Assembly: GCA_002189035.1 (NCBI GenBank)
Contig: NEEC01000018.1
Location: 2,232,001-2,296,000, forward strand
Reading direction: 5' to 3'
Origin: Utricularia gibba
Taxonomy: Eukaryota > Plantae > Magnoliophyta
Length of the DNA stretch: 64,000 nt
This document shows, one piece after another, positions 39,202 to 53,063 of this stretch (position 1 is its first letter; each line of letters begins with the position of its first letter). Below the pieces are notes generated by a model, which was not told the DNA's origin, did not search any database, and was given only the letters and a program-made list of their open reading frames with translations. The position numbers and the translations under genes were made by a program.

Positions 39202-41801
39202 TCGCGGCCTGTTCTGCACACATACACACACACCAACCAGGTTATATACACCGAGAGAGACACGTTAGCCCGTGTGCGTGTGTGTGTGTGTGCCCGGTTC
39301 ACTTTGATTAAAAACCAAGATGGTCCCCATAATCGATTCATTTAGGAACCGAATCAACTCATGCTATGTGTTGAGGTGTCCAAAAACGCATTCAATTTAG
39401 GATCTTAGATCAATGTTTTCACATACATATCATAGCATAATTAGATTTCTAAATAGTAACATCTCCCGTAGTGCTCGGGAGGCTCCTTACGTGTATCCCA
39501 CTCACCCTCTCGTGGTTTTTATAGGATATGATGCGGCGGTGCATTGCACCCCACGACAACCTTCTTGATGCATCTGACCGATACTTGCACCAATGCGTTT
39601 GGTACATAAATAAATTATATCAAACAAAATAAGAAATATATGAAAAAATGGTATATCATAATATAATTTTATCTCAATTCATTACTTCTTATTATTTTAT
39701 TTCATATTAATGAAATAAATTATTTGAAGTATAATTTATTTTACATACCAAACATCTTGTTTTTTTTTATTATTTAATTATTCCTTTTATATTTTTTACC
39801 AAATATATTCCAAGTGTTTGTTCACTTTTTTTTATCCTTCATTTGGTAACGGTTAAATTTCTAGGGTAGATAGTTTTTACAACTAGTTGTAAAAGTAATG
39901 CGGAACGATTAGTTTTTTAGACAGTATTTGATTGATGGAATTAGAATTAAGAGATATTAAATACATTAAATGAAAAGTATATTTTTAAATAATTTCATAT
40001 ACATAGAATTGAAAAAAAAGTCCGCATAATTCTAAATTTATTTAAACTTATGAGGAAAATATACTGTAATCTATAATCACATCCACAAAACAGTATCTTA
40101 AAGCATTTCTACACGAACAAATAACATTGCTGAAAAAAAATAAATGAACGAAGAAAGTGAAAATAACATTGCAGAGAAAAAAAAACGAGGACGCCATGTG
40201 AACAAAAACATAGTCATATTAAATGTGGCTTCAATTATCCATGTGCGCTGCCAAAATATCGCTCTCAAAATTAAAATATTATTCACGCTTTTAATTACAA
40301 AAAAACAAATAGTTTAATTTCCAATAATGAGGATCACTCAAACACTAAAAAATTATGTTCAATGCCGCAATTCAATAAAAAAATTGTATAAATTGCAAAT
40401 TATATCTATTTTTATAACTATTTGAATTTCATTGTTTCAAAATGAATCCGACTCGATTCAATCCAATTTTATGATTTTTGGGTTTGAGTTCAATAATTTG
40501 TATAAAAAAATATTTTTTCAATTTATAAATATTAAATTTAAAGAATTATTTTTATTTTTATAATTACTTATAATGTATTTAATTCGATTCAACTCATTAT
40601 AAAAATGATTTAACGTAAAACCGAAATAAATTGAATGATGGATTAAACTCGTTTTTAAAATACTAGTGAATTTTCTTTTTTTTTATAAAATAACAAAAAA
40701 TCATATGAACATATTCATTAATGATAAAATTGGAAACAACGTCGTCGTGGTTTTTTATATAAATCTATTTTCTCATCAATTTATATTATTCATTTTTATA
40801 TGATTAAAATGAATAGGAATAAATGCAAATGCAACGTGTTTTATTATACTGAATATTACTTATTACAAATTAGTTAAAAGTAAATATTTTCTGCATATAT
40901 TTTTCCAGATGAATGTTCTTCCATTACTTTCAAAAATCAATCTTCCTAATTAATGGTGTTGGGTCACGGACCGGGCCCGAGTCCGACTGTGGATCGGTCT
41001 TCTGTGCCACGGTCCACGGATTAATATATTGTCTTGACCCGACAGTGGGCTCGACCCATAAATAGCGTCACCCGCATAGAAAAAATCTGCATAAAAGAAA
41101 ACGTGAATCGGGCATGACATGGCGTGTGCTTATTGGTGGAGGCCTGTCTGTCTCTCACGTGCGAAGAGAGAGTACAGCTCTGCGTATGCAGCCACGCACA
41201 GCGAGGCTCACGGACAAGGTACTCTCCCCTTCCGTGCAGCTTCCAGCCCACCGACCTCTCATGCGTCCACGGCGGTGTGGGATGCTTTATGGCCTGGCTC
41301 TTTCTTGCACCGACCGTCACGGTTCGGTGTGAAAGAAATATGGCATGTGTTGAGCAGAAACATCTGAGGGAGCCCCTCTCGTTTCTGTCAAGAACCTACC
41401 ATTCGTAGTATGTGGAACATTAAAGAGGACTTTCAGGCAGGCCCTGCTTTAGGACTCCAGGTGTCCAGAATGCGTTGTATTGCAAGATAATTTAGGAGCC
41501 AAGCCAATCTCTGAGTTATGGGGTGGTTGATTTTGTGTCTTGCTGGTGCATTTACCTTGTCCGGGTGATAGGGCATGCATTCCTCTGTGTATAAAACTCC
41601 CGCATTACTCTGCTGTTCAGTCACTCAGAGGCGACTATTCTGCGTGCTCTCCTTCTCCAGTGAGAAGTAGATGGCAGGATAAGAGAAATCGGGCAAGCCG
41701 TTGCTCTTAAATGTGCTTCACTTCCAAAGCGTGACATTTCATCTTCTCCTTTTCAAGCTTTCGCTTTTTGTGTATTCTGTTGGGTTACGTCATTGTGATT
41801 G

Positions 41802-43077
41802 ATGGAGCTGAGCAAGGTGACACTGGAGATTTTCTCCAAACTGGAGCAGAAATGGCTGCACCACTGTGAACCCTATAAAACACGAGTTCTCACAATCGAC
41901 GGCGGAGGAACCACCGCCGCCGTCGCTGGGGCTTCCCTCGTTCATCTCGAGCATCAGATTCAGCAAAAGAGCGGAGACCCTAACGCCAAAATTGCAGATT
42001 TTTTCGACATTGTTGTCGGTACGGGTATCGGAGCTCTCTTCGCGGCAATGCTGGTGGCGGATGACGGGCACGCGCGTCCTCTTTTCTCCGCGAGAGAAGC
42101 GGTTGACTTCTTATCGGAGAATCGGCAGAAACTGTTCAAAGTGAGGCGCGTCGGCGTGCTCGGGCGTCGCACACGGTACTCGGGCAAGAGCATGGACGCG
42201 GCGCTGAAGGCTATTTTCAGGAGAGGCGATGGAGGCGTCTTGACGATGAAGGACACGTGTAAGCCGCTGCTTGTGCCGTGCTATGACCTCAACACTTCGG
42301 CCCCGTTCGTGTTTTCACGCGCCGACGCGTTGGAGTCCCCCAGCTTCGACTTCGAAATGTGGAGAGTCGTCCGGGCGGCGATGGCGACTCCGCCGATGTT
42401 CAACCCTTTCCGTTTCACTTCCGTCGACGGAAAGATCTCTTGCCTCGCCATCGACGGCGGACTTGTGATGAACAATCCCACCGCCGCAGCGGTAATACTG
42501 AAATATTCCAATCTCTATTACAATTCCAAATCAAATACTAATGATGTCCGATAATTTGCTACAGATAACCCACGTTCTTCACAACAAGCGGGAGTTCCCG
42601 TCGGTGACAACTGTCGACGATCTCCTCGTGCTCTCCATCGGTAACGGACGCATGAACGGCCCCTCGGAGACGCCCCCGACTGCAGCGTCTCATCCGTCGT
42701 CGGAATAGCCGTCGACGGCGTGTCAGAAACCGTCGACCAAATGCTAGGCAACGTCTTCTGTTGGAACCCAAACAATTATGTCCGGATCCAGGTCAACCCA
42801 AGCTCCCGATCTCTACTCTTTTGGTATCTAGTCACGTAATCATTAATACGGGGGTCTGTGTCACCGGTAACTGGAGCAGGCAAATGGAAAAGCAGAGAAC
42901 GTGTTGTCGGAGAGAGCAGTGGAGTCGCTGCCCTTTGGAGCTAAGCGGCTGCTGACGGAAACTCAGGGACAGAGAATGGAAGCCTTCGTGCAGCGTCTTG
43001 TTTCTGCGGATGGCAGGAGCAACGCCAGCCTGCCGGCAAGCCCCTGCGCCGTTACTCCCCTTGTTAACGGCCGTTGA
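41802..43077 (+). CDS. PLP9: Patatin-like phospholipase pPLAIII-delta-like (introns 42492-42564, 42792-42879); apparent frameshift at 42660-42677
   Basis: MELSKVTLEIFSKLEQKWL, IDGGGT, non-canonical GTGIG motif of pPLAIII, DGGLVMNNPTAAA, THVLHNKREFP, DGVSETVDQMLGN, ERAVESLPFGAKRLL. Confidence 0.92.
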
Positions 43078-43747
43078 GCTTGTGCCGGATGCAATTTGAG
43101 ATTCATTTCAAATGTGGGACTATAATTTTAATAAAAAATTGAAAATATCATAAATAAATCAAAAAAATGGATTAAATAATACCGGATTCATGAACAAGGA
43201 AGCCTGCTCGTCTGGCATTTTAGTGAGATGCGTTTATTTATTTATTTTAAAATCCGATTATTGTATTGTATTTTATTGTGCAATAATTATTAAATAGTGT
43301 ATTTAATAAAATAAAACAGTAAGACGTGGGCTAGGGATTGTTTCTATTTATGAGGAGGCCAGAAATGCGGCCCTAATATCTGACAAGATTCCAGACAGCT
43401 TAAATGGGAATCCTTCTTTCCTTATCCGGATCCACCTTTGGCCACGACAACGCACGGCGCGGTTACTATTTTAGTAAATTAACGACTGATTAAATTCATG
43501 ATAATTAATCGATTGGCCGTATTTACCAAACAGACCGACCGACGCCACAGATTCCACCGCCGCTCGCGTCCAGACAGATAGCGACTGTCTTCGACACACG
43601 TGTCGCTTATTGCATAATCCCACACGGGAGATGTTTAGGTGTAATGGAATCCAAAGTTCTGAATAGCCCTCAACATCAAGCAACTCTGAACCGGAATGCG
43701 ATGGGTTTCCATTGAAGACAAGTCGATCCAGACCGGGCCCAGTGCAA

Positions 43748-44345
43748 TCACGACTCCGGTTCGTCTGCGAGCATCCTGCAATGGTGGATGAGGTTCGGAA
43801 TGTCGAGGAGTCGGAACTCAATGGTGAACAAGAAGCTGATCTCCAGCTCGTTTAGTTCTTCAGTTGTGATGCCTCCAACTCTTGCATAGTGTGCGTTGCT
43901 GCAGTACCTGCGACTCATGATAGTAACTTCATGGGACGTTTTAGCAAAAAAGAGAGCCTCTTGAAGATTCGACTCACGCATTATCCATGAACTTGGCTGC
44001 AACCATGACGCTTGCAAGGAAAAGGCGATGAACGTTGAGTGAAGTTAAACGAAAATGTGTTCGTTGAAGGTATCTGTCTACGTATATAACTGCAGCAATT
44101 AAGCAACTTGGGGTGCAACCTGTGTACTTGAATATTCGAAGGATGTAGTCATGGATGCTGAGAGCTGGAGGACTTGAGCCATGAAATATGGTTATAGTTT
44201 CCTCACCTTCCTGCAACATTCCATCGTTCTTCTCAACTTGTCTATCCAGAAAGGAAGAGATGATGGATAAACAAGGGGGGTTTGCGTTGTTGTTGTGCAG
44301 GTCTAACCACGTGCATCTTAGTGCAAGCTCTGAATCTTCGTCCAT
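43748..44345 (-). CDS. CYCU3: Cyclin U / cyclin-P3-like (PHO80-like); intron 43908-43977
   Basis: TIFHGSSPPALSIHDYILRIFKYTGCTPSCLIAAVIYVDR, SLNVHRLFLASVMVAAKFMDNA|YCSNAHYARVGGITTEELNELE. Confidence 0.88.
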
Positions 44346-44821
44346 GGATTGAACACAGGTGAAGGCAAGGGTGAATACTCAACTGAATGGGAAAACCTTG
44401 CCATGAACTGAACTCAAAGAGGCTAGCTAGCTTACTCCATCTGCAAGTATGCTTGGATGATGTTAGTCTGCAAAGAATCATTCAATGTCACTCTTCACTC
44501 TTCTTTTGTTTTTTTTCGTTCGAAAAACAGATTATGTTAAAATTTCCATATATGAGTTCGTCTCTCAAGTTTCAACAGACTAAAGGAAAAACAAAAAAAG
44601 CTTGATAAGTTTTACATAACCTGTTCCATAAGATCTGCATAACTATTAGATCTTTAAGAATGTGATGGGAAATTAAAAATACTAGTTCCTGTCACTCACT
44701 ATAAACAGGTAAACATGCTCAGGCTTCTAGTTGGTTTTCAAATCTGCGTCATGTTTTTTTACAATGACATACATGCTTACAAGATCACAAAAACACCCCA
44801 AAACTGAAGAACAAGCTTACT

Positions 44822-47800
44822 TTATTTGAGACCATATCGTCGCAGTGTGTTGGCTAATGTGGGCATAACATTATAAGCTTGGTAAGATCTCCTTAATTCA
44901 ATGATGGAACCCACCTGAAATTCAGTCCATGAACACATCAGTATTGCATGGCTCTCCAACAAAAGTTTCTTTTCATTCAAAAATCTATGCCATGTATAGA
45001 AACATACAATGATTAAAATTGATGTGAACCCGATGGAGAAACCTTCATTGATACTCCGCAAATAATGGTCGACGACAGATGAGGATGTTGCCAACATGCT
45101 AAGCAGCAAACCTCCTGCAACGCAATACAGAGGTAGATTGGAATACTAGAACCAATACTATAGACAGCTAGATGAAGTATGTCGTGTACCCAGAAGCGTG
45201 TTGAGGATTGGATCTTTGCCAAATACTCTATGGTGGCCTTTCCCGGTTTTATAGCTGGAATTCGAGCCCCCATTTTGTTCAAGTAATCAGAAATCTCCTT
45301 GGGCATATTGGCCTGCCCAGTGCTATGTCTCTCAGTCTCAGTCTTGTAAAAACAAATCAACGAATTCCCATTGGTCAGGAAATTACTTACAATGTCAAAG
45401 ATGTTGAACACGAACACGAGAAATCCATAGACTGAATAGTAAACCCATGGTCTACTACCACCTAAAGATGTGGCTGGATTCAAGAGATCCCTCAGGTACT
45501 CACAGAAACGGGATCCAGTAGTGCTGTGTGGGTGGTTTGAACAAAGTCACAACACAGCTTCATAAAGAGTCATTGTTCTTATTGCTAATCGTGGTTAGTA
45601 ATATGTACCTTGCAACAAATCCAGGCAATGCCAAGAGATAGGAAGTGGTAAGTAGAGGCTGCATTCCAGAAGGATTTATGTTGAATGGAATGTATGGCTC
45701 TACCTCCTCATTCAGAGAATCTTCTCTGCCAGAAAACAGAGGAAACATCGTTGAATTGATTGATACTTGCACTAAGTCATCGCAAAAAAGCATACAACTT
45801 TGCAATTCCAAGTAAAAAGAGAAAATTCAAGTAAGCTGCAAGGACCTAGAAGCAGAAGCAAGTTTAAATCCATAGTACTGCAACTTGACCTTCCTACAGC
45901 TTTCAGTTATGATGACTGCCCACATGGTTATGAAACTGAAAATGGCTAATACAGTGAGAATATACGGCCACCAGATCACAGAGCTTCCTGCATTTAAAAA
46001 AGAAAATTCCAGAAACCGATTATAAAATTACTCATGGAAGTTAGGTTAAAATGTAACTGAAATATACGACGCGAAAGAGTCACCTGAAAGATGAGCAAGC
46101 ATTTTGTGCAGTGTATCAGTGTAACCAGTCAGAATGCTGACACAAACAATGAGAGAGGTTCCTTGACCTGTACGTTAAAGGAGTAAGAGAATATCCAAAT
46201 GATAGTGACATTCAATTATCAAGAGTGTGAAGAGCAGGGCAGGACTTGTAGCGTGATAAGCAATGGGAAACACAGATAGATATGCACAAAACATACCAAA
46301 TCCTGATTCCGATATTTTTTCACAGATCCAGTTCATTGTCATTGCACCACACACTAGAAAAAAGCTGGTCACCGCTGCATGCTTTACCCTGGAAGTCTCA
46401 AAAATGAAATCTCATAATATACATAGAGAAATGGATTCCTTTACATAATAATATGCCATAATCACCTGTGGCTGGCCGCATATATGGAATAGGGGAGAGA
46501 ATAACAAGAAAGGGTTATGGCCCGATCACTGCAAAACCCAGAGAAAACCACCATCTGCAAGACAACACACACAAAAAAGCAACAGTTATTTGTGCAGTGA
46601 ATATTCCCCTATCTGTGAAAAATCAATAATATGATTCATAAGGGCTAGTCTCACTGATTTAGATGGATAACTAAACACACATATAACTCTTGATTCTTTC
46701 ATAGCCATCCAGGCCTTCTTTCCGGAGCTTCACCAAGGAAGGGACAACATGGCAAAGAACCTGAACTCAACCAAGCTAATTAGCTTCAGGTGCAACATTA
46801 AATCATTAAAAAAATATGAGTTCTAAAATAAGGAATTATAAACGGCATATAATATCCACCAGGGCAGTGGTTCACATAATGGTTCAAAATCACTAGAAAA
46901 ATGCATTGCAATAAATGAGATAGTATGACAAGGTTACAAATTTACGCATCACACCAAGGGAAACTTGAAATTTGCGGCATAAATTGTAGCGTCATTTTCA
47001 TAGCAGGGCAATTAACCTGCATAACAATTGATGCGCCTATGTGAGGACCGATCCCAAGTTGAAAAAAAGAAAGCTTTAGCTCTGTGGAAAAGTCTCCAAG
47101 GTCATCTGCAAACAGCAGGGAACCATTAGCTTAGATACGAGCTTGTTGATGATAGCACCCTGAAGTGCAAACGTAAAATAAATCAAACTTCGCTCACCTG
47201 CTGATCCAGAGGCAAAGCTGAGATGGTTTTCGGGCATCATTCTCCTATCATATCCAGGTAAAGGAACAAAGGCACCTAAACGACTCAACACTATCAAGGC
47301 TGCAGTCACAAAAAGACGCCTTCTAATCTCACTCTTGAAAAAAGATTCCGCAGCATTTTGAACGACGGAACCAAATTGTATGAAGATCAAAAATCTATTC
47401 TTGAACTCCCAGGCTGTTTCACTGAACCTTCAAAGCCATTCTGATTTAAAGTCGTTTCCCCGCTTGTCCATCTACCCGAAAACCAATTATTATCTATAAA
47501 CTCCGACGCTGCAGCCTTGACATTCAGCCCCTTCCTGGTACAAGCTTCAAAAAACGACCCCTTTGCGGCATGTTTACTCGTGAAAGAACACCGCTTTTTC
47601 GTGATTCCCACGAGGGAAAAAGGACTTACTGCCGACCTGCAACTATTGATTGGAGAAATTTTCCGAGAATTCCAACCTGCAAAAATACGACTGCGTCACA
47701 CATAAGAACATCGCTTTGCTCCAAGAACTTTAAGAGACATGCATAAATGAAACAAAAAGAACCTTGAACTCTTATACAAGGCCTGGGGTTTGCGCAGAGG

Positions 47801-47841
47801 AGCGCAGAACCGTTTCCATTGAAGCAGAAAACCGCCATCAT
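44822..47841 (-). CDS. SCY2: Plastid inner-envelope preprotein translocase SecY2; apparent frameshift near 47408-47410
   Basis: FFKSEIRRRLFVTAALIVLSRLG, ELKLSFFQLG, YIPFNINPSGMQPLLTTSYLLALP, MGARIPAIKPGKATIEYLAKIQ; ends RRSYQAYNVMPTLANTLRRYGLK. Confidence 0.92.
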
Positions 47842-48022
47842 AGCCCGATAAACCCAAACTTGCAATGCTCAATTGATGCCATCTGCTGTGCACTTTTCTT
47901 TTTAGCCAAAGTCTCGCACAGACAACTGAAAATGGCTGATGGGTCTTCCAACACCTGAGCTCACTCTGCAGCGCCCCTTCCGAAACGGAGGATAGTGGGA
48001 GGGTAAACATCGGATTGGATTA

Positions 48023-48063
48023 TGGGCTTAATTGGTAATGGGCCACACGATTGATTGAGCCCA
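48023..48063. promoter_or_regulatory. Site II elements in the divergent SCY2 / aldo-keto reductase promoter
   Basis: TGGGCT at 48023, TGGGCC at 48039 and AGCCCA at 48058, between head-to-head ATGs 534 bp apart. Confidence 0.65.
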
Positions 48064-48374
48064 ACATTTTGGTTAGTTCTAGGCCCTATAAAAAAATTGA
48101 ACCGAACGTAAAAGCGCCCAATTCTTTCGTAGCCTTGTCTTGCTCCCATCTGTTTCCCTCCTGCCGTTGGTTTCTCCTGCTAAAATTTTCTCATTGAGAA
48201 GCAAAAGAAAACGCAAATGGCAAAAATTTGTTCGTCGATTCTGTTTCTTTGTTTTTGGTTGTTGCTGCATCGCAATATTTCATCCACGGTGGCCTGAGTA
48301 CGTTGGCATTCGCCGATTCTATTGTCGTGAGGACCGCCGGGTATTGACGGTTACTGGAAGTTGAGTTTCCAGCT

Positions 48375-50568
48375 ATGGCCATGACGATGCCGGTTTTTAA
48401 CCTGGCCCCTGATTTGGCTGTCTCAAGACTCTGCTTAGGTTTATATGCTTCGCTTCTTTTTTTTTTATTATTCATTTCCCTGTTTCCTTTTTTTTCTCGC
48501 GCGTTTCTAGTTACTGTCACGTAAATTGGCCTCAGGGACTATGACTTTTGGACAGCAAAACTCTTTGTCTCAGTCTCTTGAACTGCTTGATCAAGCATAT
48601 GATTTCGGAATAAACTTTTTCGACACGGCTGAAATGTAATGCCTTGTTCACTCTCTTTTGGGTTTTGTAATGCTTATTCTCTTAGTTGCTTCATGCGGAT
48701 TGGGTTTAATCCAGGTATCCTGTGCCGCAGTCTGCAGAAACTCATGGGCGGAGTGAGGATTATCTTGGATACTGGATTCGAAGTCGGAAAATTCCACGAG
48801 AACGTGTAACGATTGCCTCAAAGGTCTCTCCAACTAATTCAACTTACTATGATCAGCTGTGGGTAGCTTTTGGGTCGGGTTTTTATGCATTCAAAAATTA
48901 ACCGTATGGTGATAGGTCAGCGGGCCATCAGGTCAAATGCCTTGGATTAGAAATGGACCAGAAAGTCTTGATGCAGTAAATATTACTCAGGCCATTGATA
49001 AAAGGTATATCTTCTTCATGATCAATCATTTGGTGATAGGTCAGCGGGTCATCAGGTCTCTCACTTAATTTTGTTTTGCATCTCTGTTCTGAAGTATGAT
49101 ACAAATATGTTTTTGCAGTTTGTTGAGACTACAATGTGACTACATCGACTTGTATCAAATTCATTGGCCTGACCGGTTTGTATAGATGCGACTTAGATTC
49201 TACACTCAAACTGGATCAGTTGTTCTACATAAAAATTATTTTCTAGCAGTTATATTCCTATGTTTGGAGAGACTGAATACAATCCGTCCCGGGCTCTTGC
49301 TGCTGTGAGTTTTGAGGATCAACTTGCTTCTCTAGATAAAGGCATTCGAGCAGGTAAGGTTAGTGATTCTACCTTCTTGATTGTGATTTTATAAAAAATA
49401 ATCTCATGGAGGTTCGTAATATTGCTTTATAACTCTTAATCTTGGTTGGGAGCTCTGTGGCACTCATCCTGGAAATCATGGTCCATCACGTTCGATGCCT
49501 AAATTACTGAGTTGTCTCTCAACAGATAAGGTACATTGGGCTTAGTAATGAAACGCCTTATGGTCTCATGAAGTTCCTACACATTGCTAAAGATATCCCC
49601 GCGTATCCTAGAGTTATTTCCGTACAGGTATATATTTGTAACTTGATCGGAGTAGCAATGCTCTTTGCTAGTCTCTGATTCTACAAATTGATTCAGTGGA
49701 ATTTGAAATTTCTTTTCAGAACTCCTACAACCTTCTCTGTCGAAATTTTGATTCAGGCCTTGCTGAGTGTTGCCATCATGAGAGGTACACGCTGTCTTGC
49801 TTCAACTTTGTTCACAGCCATCTGCCTCGAGTGTTTCTGAGCATGCATATAATCTATCCAGTGAAACGAGCATTGTTAAATCACTCAGTTTTCTGCATCG
49901 CCTTTTTTTTTCCCAATGTTTTGCAGTGTAAGTTTATTAGCATACAGTCCCTTGGCAATGGGCTTATTATCTGGCAAGTATCTATCACCCAACAGGGGTC
50001 CACCTGATGCACGACTGAACCTTTTTAAAGGTGTGTGATTGTACTAGACATTGGCTATAATATTCTCTTACTGTGTGGTTGTACGTCATGTAGGAAGATA
50101 TGCTGAGGGAGAGGGCAGATACAACCTCTCTTCTTCTGCCGTTACTAAAGCTACAGAGGTTAACACAAAATTGTTAGCTTTTTGGTGGCTTTTCAGATGA
50201 TTACTACGCACAGCCTTGACATAAACTACAAACGTCTTATCAGTCATAGCTTTGCCTTGCAGCTATATGTCTCTATTGCAAAAAAGTATGGAATTCATCC
50301 AGTATCTCTTGCGATAGGTACACTCTGTTTCTGTTTCCCTGCTTAGACAAATAATGAAGACGGGGAGTTGTTGAAGACACCCTCTGTTTAAAACGTGGTT
50401 CTTGCAGCTTTTGTGTTGAGGCACCCTCTGGTTGCGAGCGCGGTGTTTGGGGCCACTAAGCTATATCAACTCCAAGAGGTGGTTGACGGCTGCCGAGTCA
50501 AGCTGAGTCCAAAAATTCTTGCCGAAATAGATGAGGTTCATTCAGCATTCCCCAATCCTTGTCCATGA
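48375..50568 (+). CDS. Aldo-keto reductase, Tas-like
   Basis: VSRLCL|GTMTFGQQN, GINFFDTAEM|YPVP, DYIDLYQIHWPDR, RYIGLSNETPYG, NSYNLLCR, LLAYSPLAMGLLSGKY, IDEVHSAFPNPCP. Confidence 0.93.
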
Positions 50569-50879
50569 CACTTGGCACTTGAGTGCTGGTGACAGTTTAA
50601 CTATCCTTGTTTAGTTCAGAAAAGTTGGCTGACTACAACCATTGTTTATTCAAAAGAAGAGATCCTCGCAACAGCAAAAATGAAAACTCAGAGAGGTATT
50701 CGTTGACTGTTGAGATCAGGAACTAGTAAATAGTAATAAAAGGATCGCCATGACAGAAAAAGGAGGTATTTATGGGTAACAAGGAAGAAGACTCCTTGTC
50801 TTTTTCTCTCCTCTGGGAAAACGAAATTGCATTTTCTCCTGCGGAAATTTCATTTCTATCAGGAAAAAGAAACGACGCA

Positions 50880-52492
50880 ATGCCGATAACAAAATGCTGC
50901 TCGCCGATTTCCTTTCAGGCCATCAATGGCTTGAGCCGCCTTGCTGAAGTTGGCAAATTCAAGGTGATCAACTGAAATTCAAGGTTTTCTGTTACTTTTG
51001 AATCGTCTTCAATCAGCCAAATCATCGTAAATTTGATGAGATTTCACGCCCACCCTAGAAATCTTTTCTCGCAGATGCATGAATTAATGTTGGGGTTTCT
51101 TGTGTTTAGTTGCTGTTATTCGAATTTAAAGGTTTTGTCTTTCGTTTTGCTGGTACTGTGGTCTAGGCATGGTTTTTGGATCAGTTCGGAGTTCTACATG
51201 ATGGGAAACAGCCTTATCCTGGTGTCATTACGACATGTATGTAACTGCTCTCAACTTCCAGATTACTCTTCTGCTAAAATTTTTCTTCTTTTGGAGGATA
51301 AAGGACCAGTCTATTAGGAACTTCTCCTTATCTTTGTTTTGTCGCTACATTCTGGTACAGTAGAAAAGTTAGCAACAACCGGTGCTAAGATGGTCATCAT
51401 TAGCAACTCCTCTAGGCGGGCCTCGGCAACTATGGAAAAGTTGGGTGGCCTCGGGATCGATCCCTCGCTTTTCATGGGCGCCATTACCAGTGGAGAGCTG
51501 ACACATCAGTACCTCTTGAGGTTTTTCCCGAAACGTTATGCTTTGTGTAGCTGGGTTCATCAATTCATATACAATGCATTTTGAACAGGAGGGATGATCC
51601 TTGGTTTGCTGGATTGGGGAGGTCTTGCATTCATATTACTTGGGGTGACCGAGGTGCTATATCACTTGAGGTGGAAATTCATCTGTTAGTGCCATCAAGA
51701 AATCTGTGGAGCTAATCACTATTATCCTAAGTGTAGAATCTTCTTTCATGTCCAGGGCTTGGGACTTCAGGTCGTTGACAATGAGGATGAGGCTGACTTT
51801 GTTTTGGCTCACGGTACAGAAGCTTTGGGTCTTGCATCTGGCGATGCAGTCCCCATGAAACTCGAGGAGCTCAACATAATACTAAAGAGATGCGCAGCTA
51901 AAAAGTTGCCCATGGTGGTGGCAAATCCAGACTTCGTCACTGTTGAAGTGAGAGCTCTGAGAGTGATGCCAGGTACATGCCGATATTCAGATGCACCCCT
52001 TCGATGGATCCTCCTCATTCATCTGTGATCCAACAGGAACTTTGGGAGACACATATGAGAAGCTCGGCGGGGAAGTGAAGTGGATGGGCAAGCCAGATCA
52101 GGTAATCAATCAGCTGATCTTCCTACTTATAGATAGTTCATGCAAAGTTTGAGCGACGCATTTGGGAAATCCATACGTGATTTTCTTTCAGAATCTGCCC
52201 AAAAAGTGACTAAACTCCCCAGTCTCATATGCTTTTTTAATGACAGACGATTTATAAATCAGCCATGGCAATGGCTGGTGTGGAAGCTGGTGAATGCATA
52301 GCCGTGGGAGACTCTCTCCATCATGACATAAGAGGTGCTAATGCTGCTGGGATACATTCGGTTTTCATTACTGGGGGAATTCATGCCACTGAACTGGGAG
52401 AAGCTGCCGAAGCTGATTCAAGTGCTCTCCTGTCCCTGGCATCAAGTTTCAAGGCATCCCCCTCGTACGTGCTTCCCTCCTTCACATGGTAG
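50880..52492 (+). CDS. HAD-superfamily hydrolase, subfamily IIA
   Basis: KAWFLDQFGVLHDGKQPYPG, VIISNSSRRA, AITSGELTH, MVVANPDFVTV, WMGKPD, IAVGDSLHHDIRGAN. Confidence 0.92.
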
Positions 52493-53063
52493 TCAACTAA
52501 AACTTCAACTATTTCTATCATTTGTATCTAATTTTCAAATGCTATGCTATTAAAATTATATTATAAAATGTAATTTTAAAATAAGAAAACAATTTTCTAC
52601 AGACACTTGGAATATTTTTTATTTTATGATTTTTATTGATAATAATAATACAACATTTTAATGGAAAATAATTTTTTTTCAAAACGGCATTAAAAGATGT
52701 CGTACGGTGTCTTAGTTAATTGCATATTGGGGTGGGTGACATTGGATTTCAATGTATTAAAACAGGGAAATAATTTAAAGTTGTGCATCACTCTTTTTTT
52801 TTGGAACAAAAAAAACAGTTAAGTTGGGAATTAAGAAAGGGGCATCCCACGGCGGCGGCCAGCTCAGAGTTGCAGTCCACTTGCAAATGACAGGGAAGCA
52901 GGTCAAACTCGGAGGAGACGAGGAAATCAACGGTTGTTTGTGAGCCCTGGATCCGGTGTTTCCGAGTTTATGGCCTTCTTCTCTCAAGTTTGAAGTGATT
53001 TCAGATCTCTTCTGAAGATTTTCCTGCTGATCGGTGTGAATTAAGCCCGCGGCGGATTTGCTG

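Noticed and set aside
40960-41230. Imperfect inverted repeats suggesting a MITE or pre-miRNA
   Set aside because: Stems are 8 bp or less or heavily interrupted, with no terminal inverted repeats or target-site duplication.
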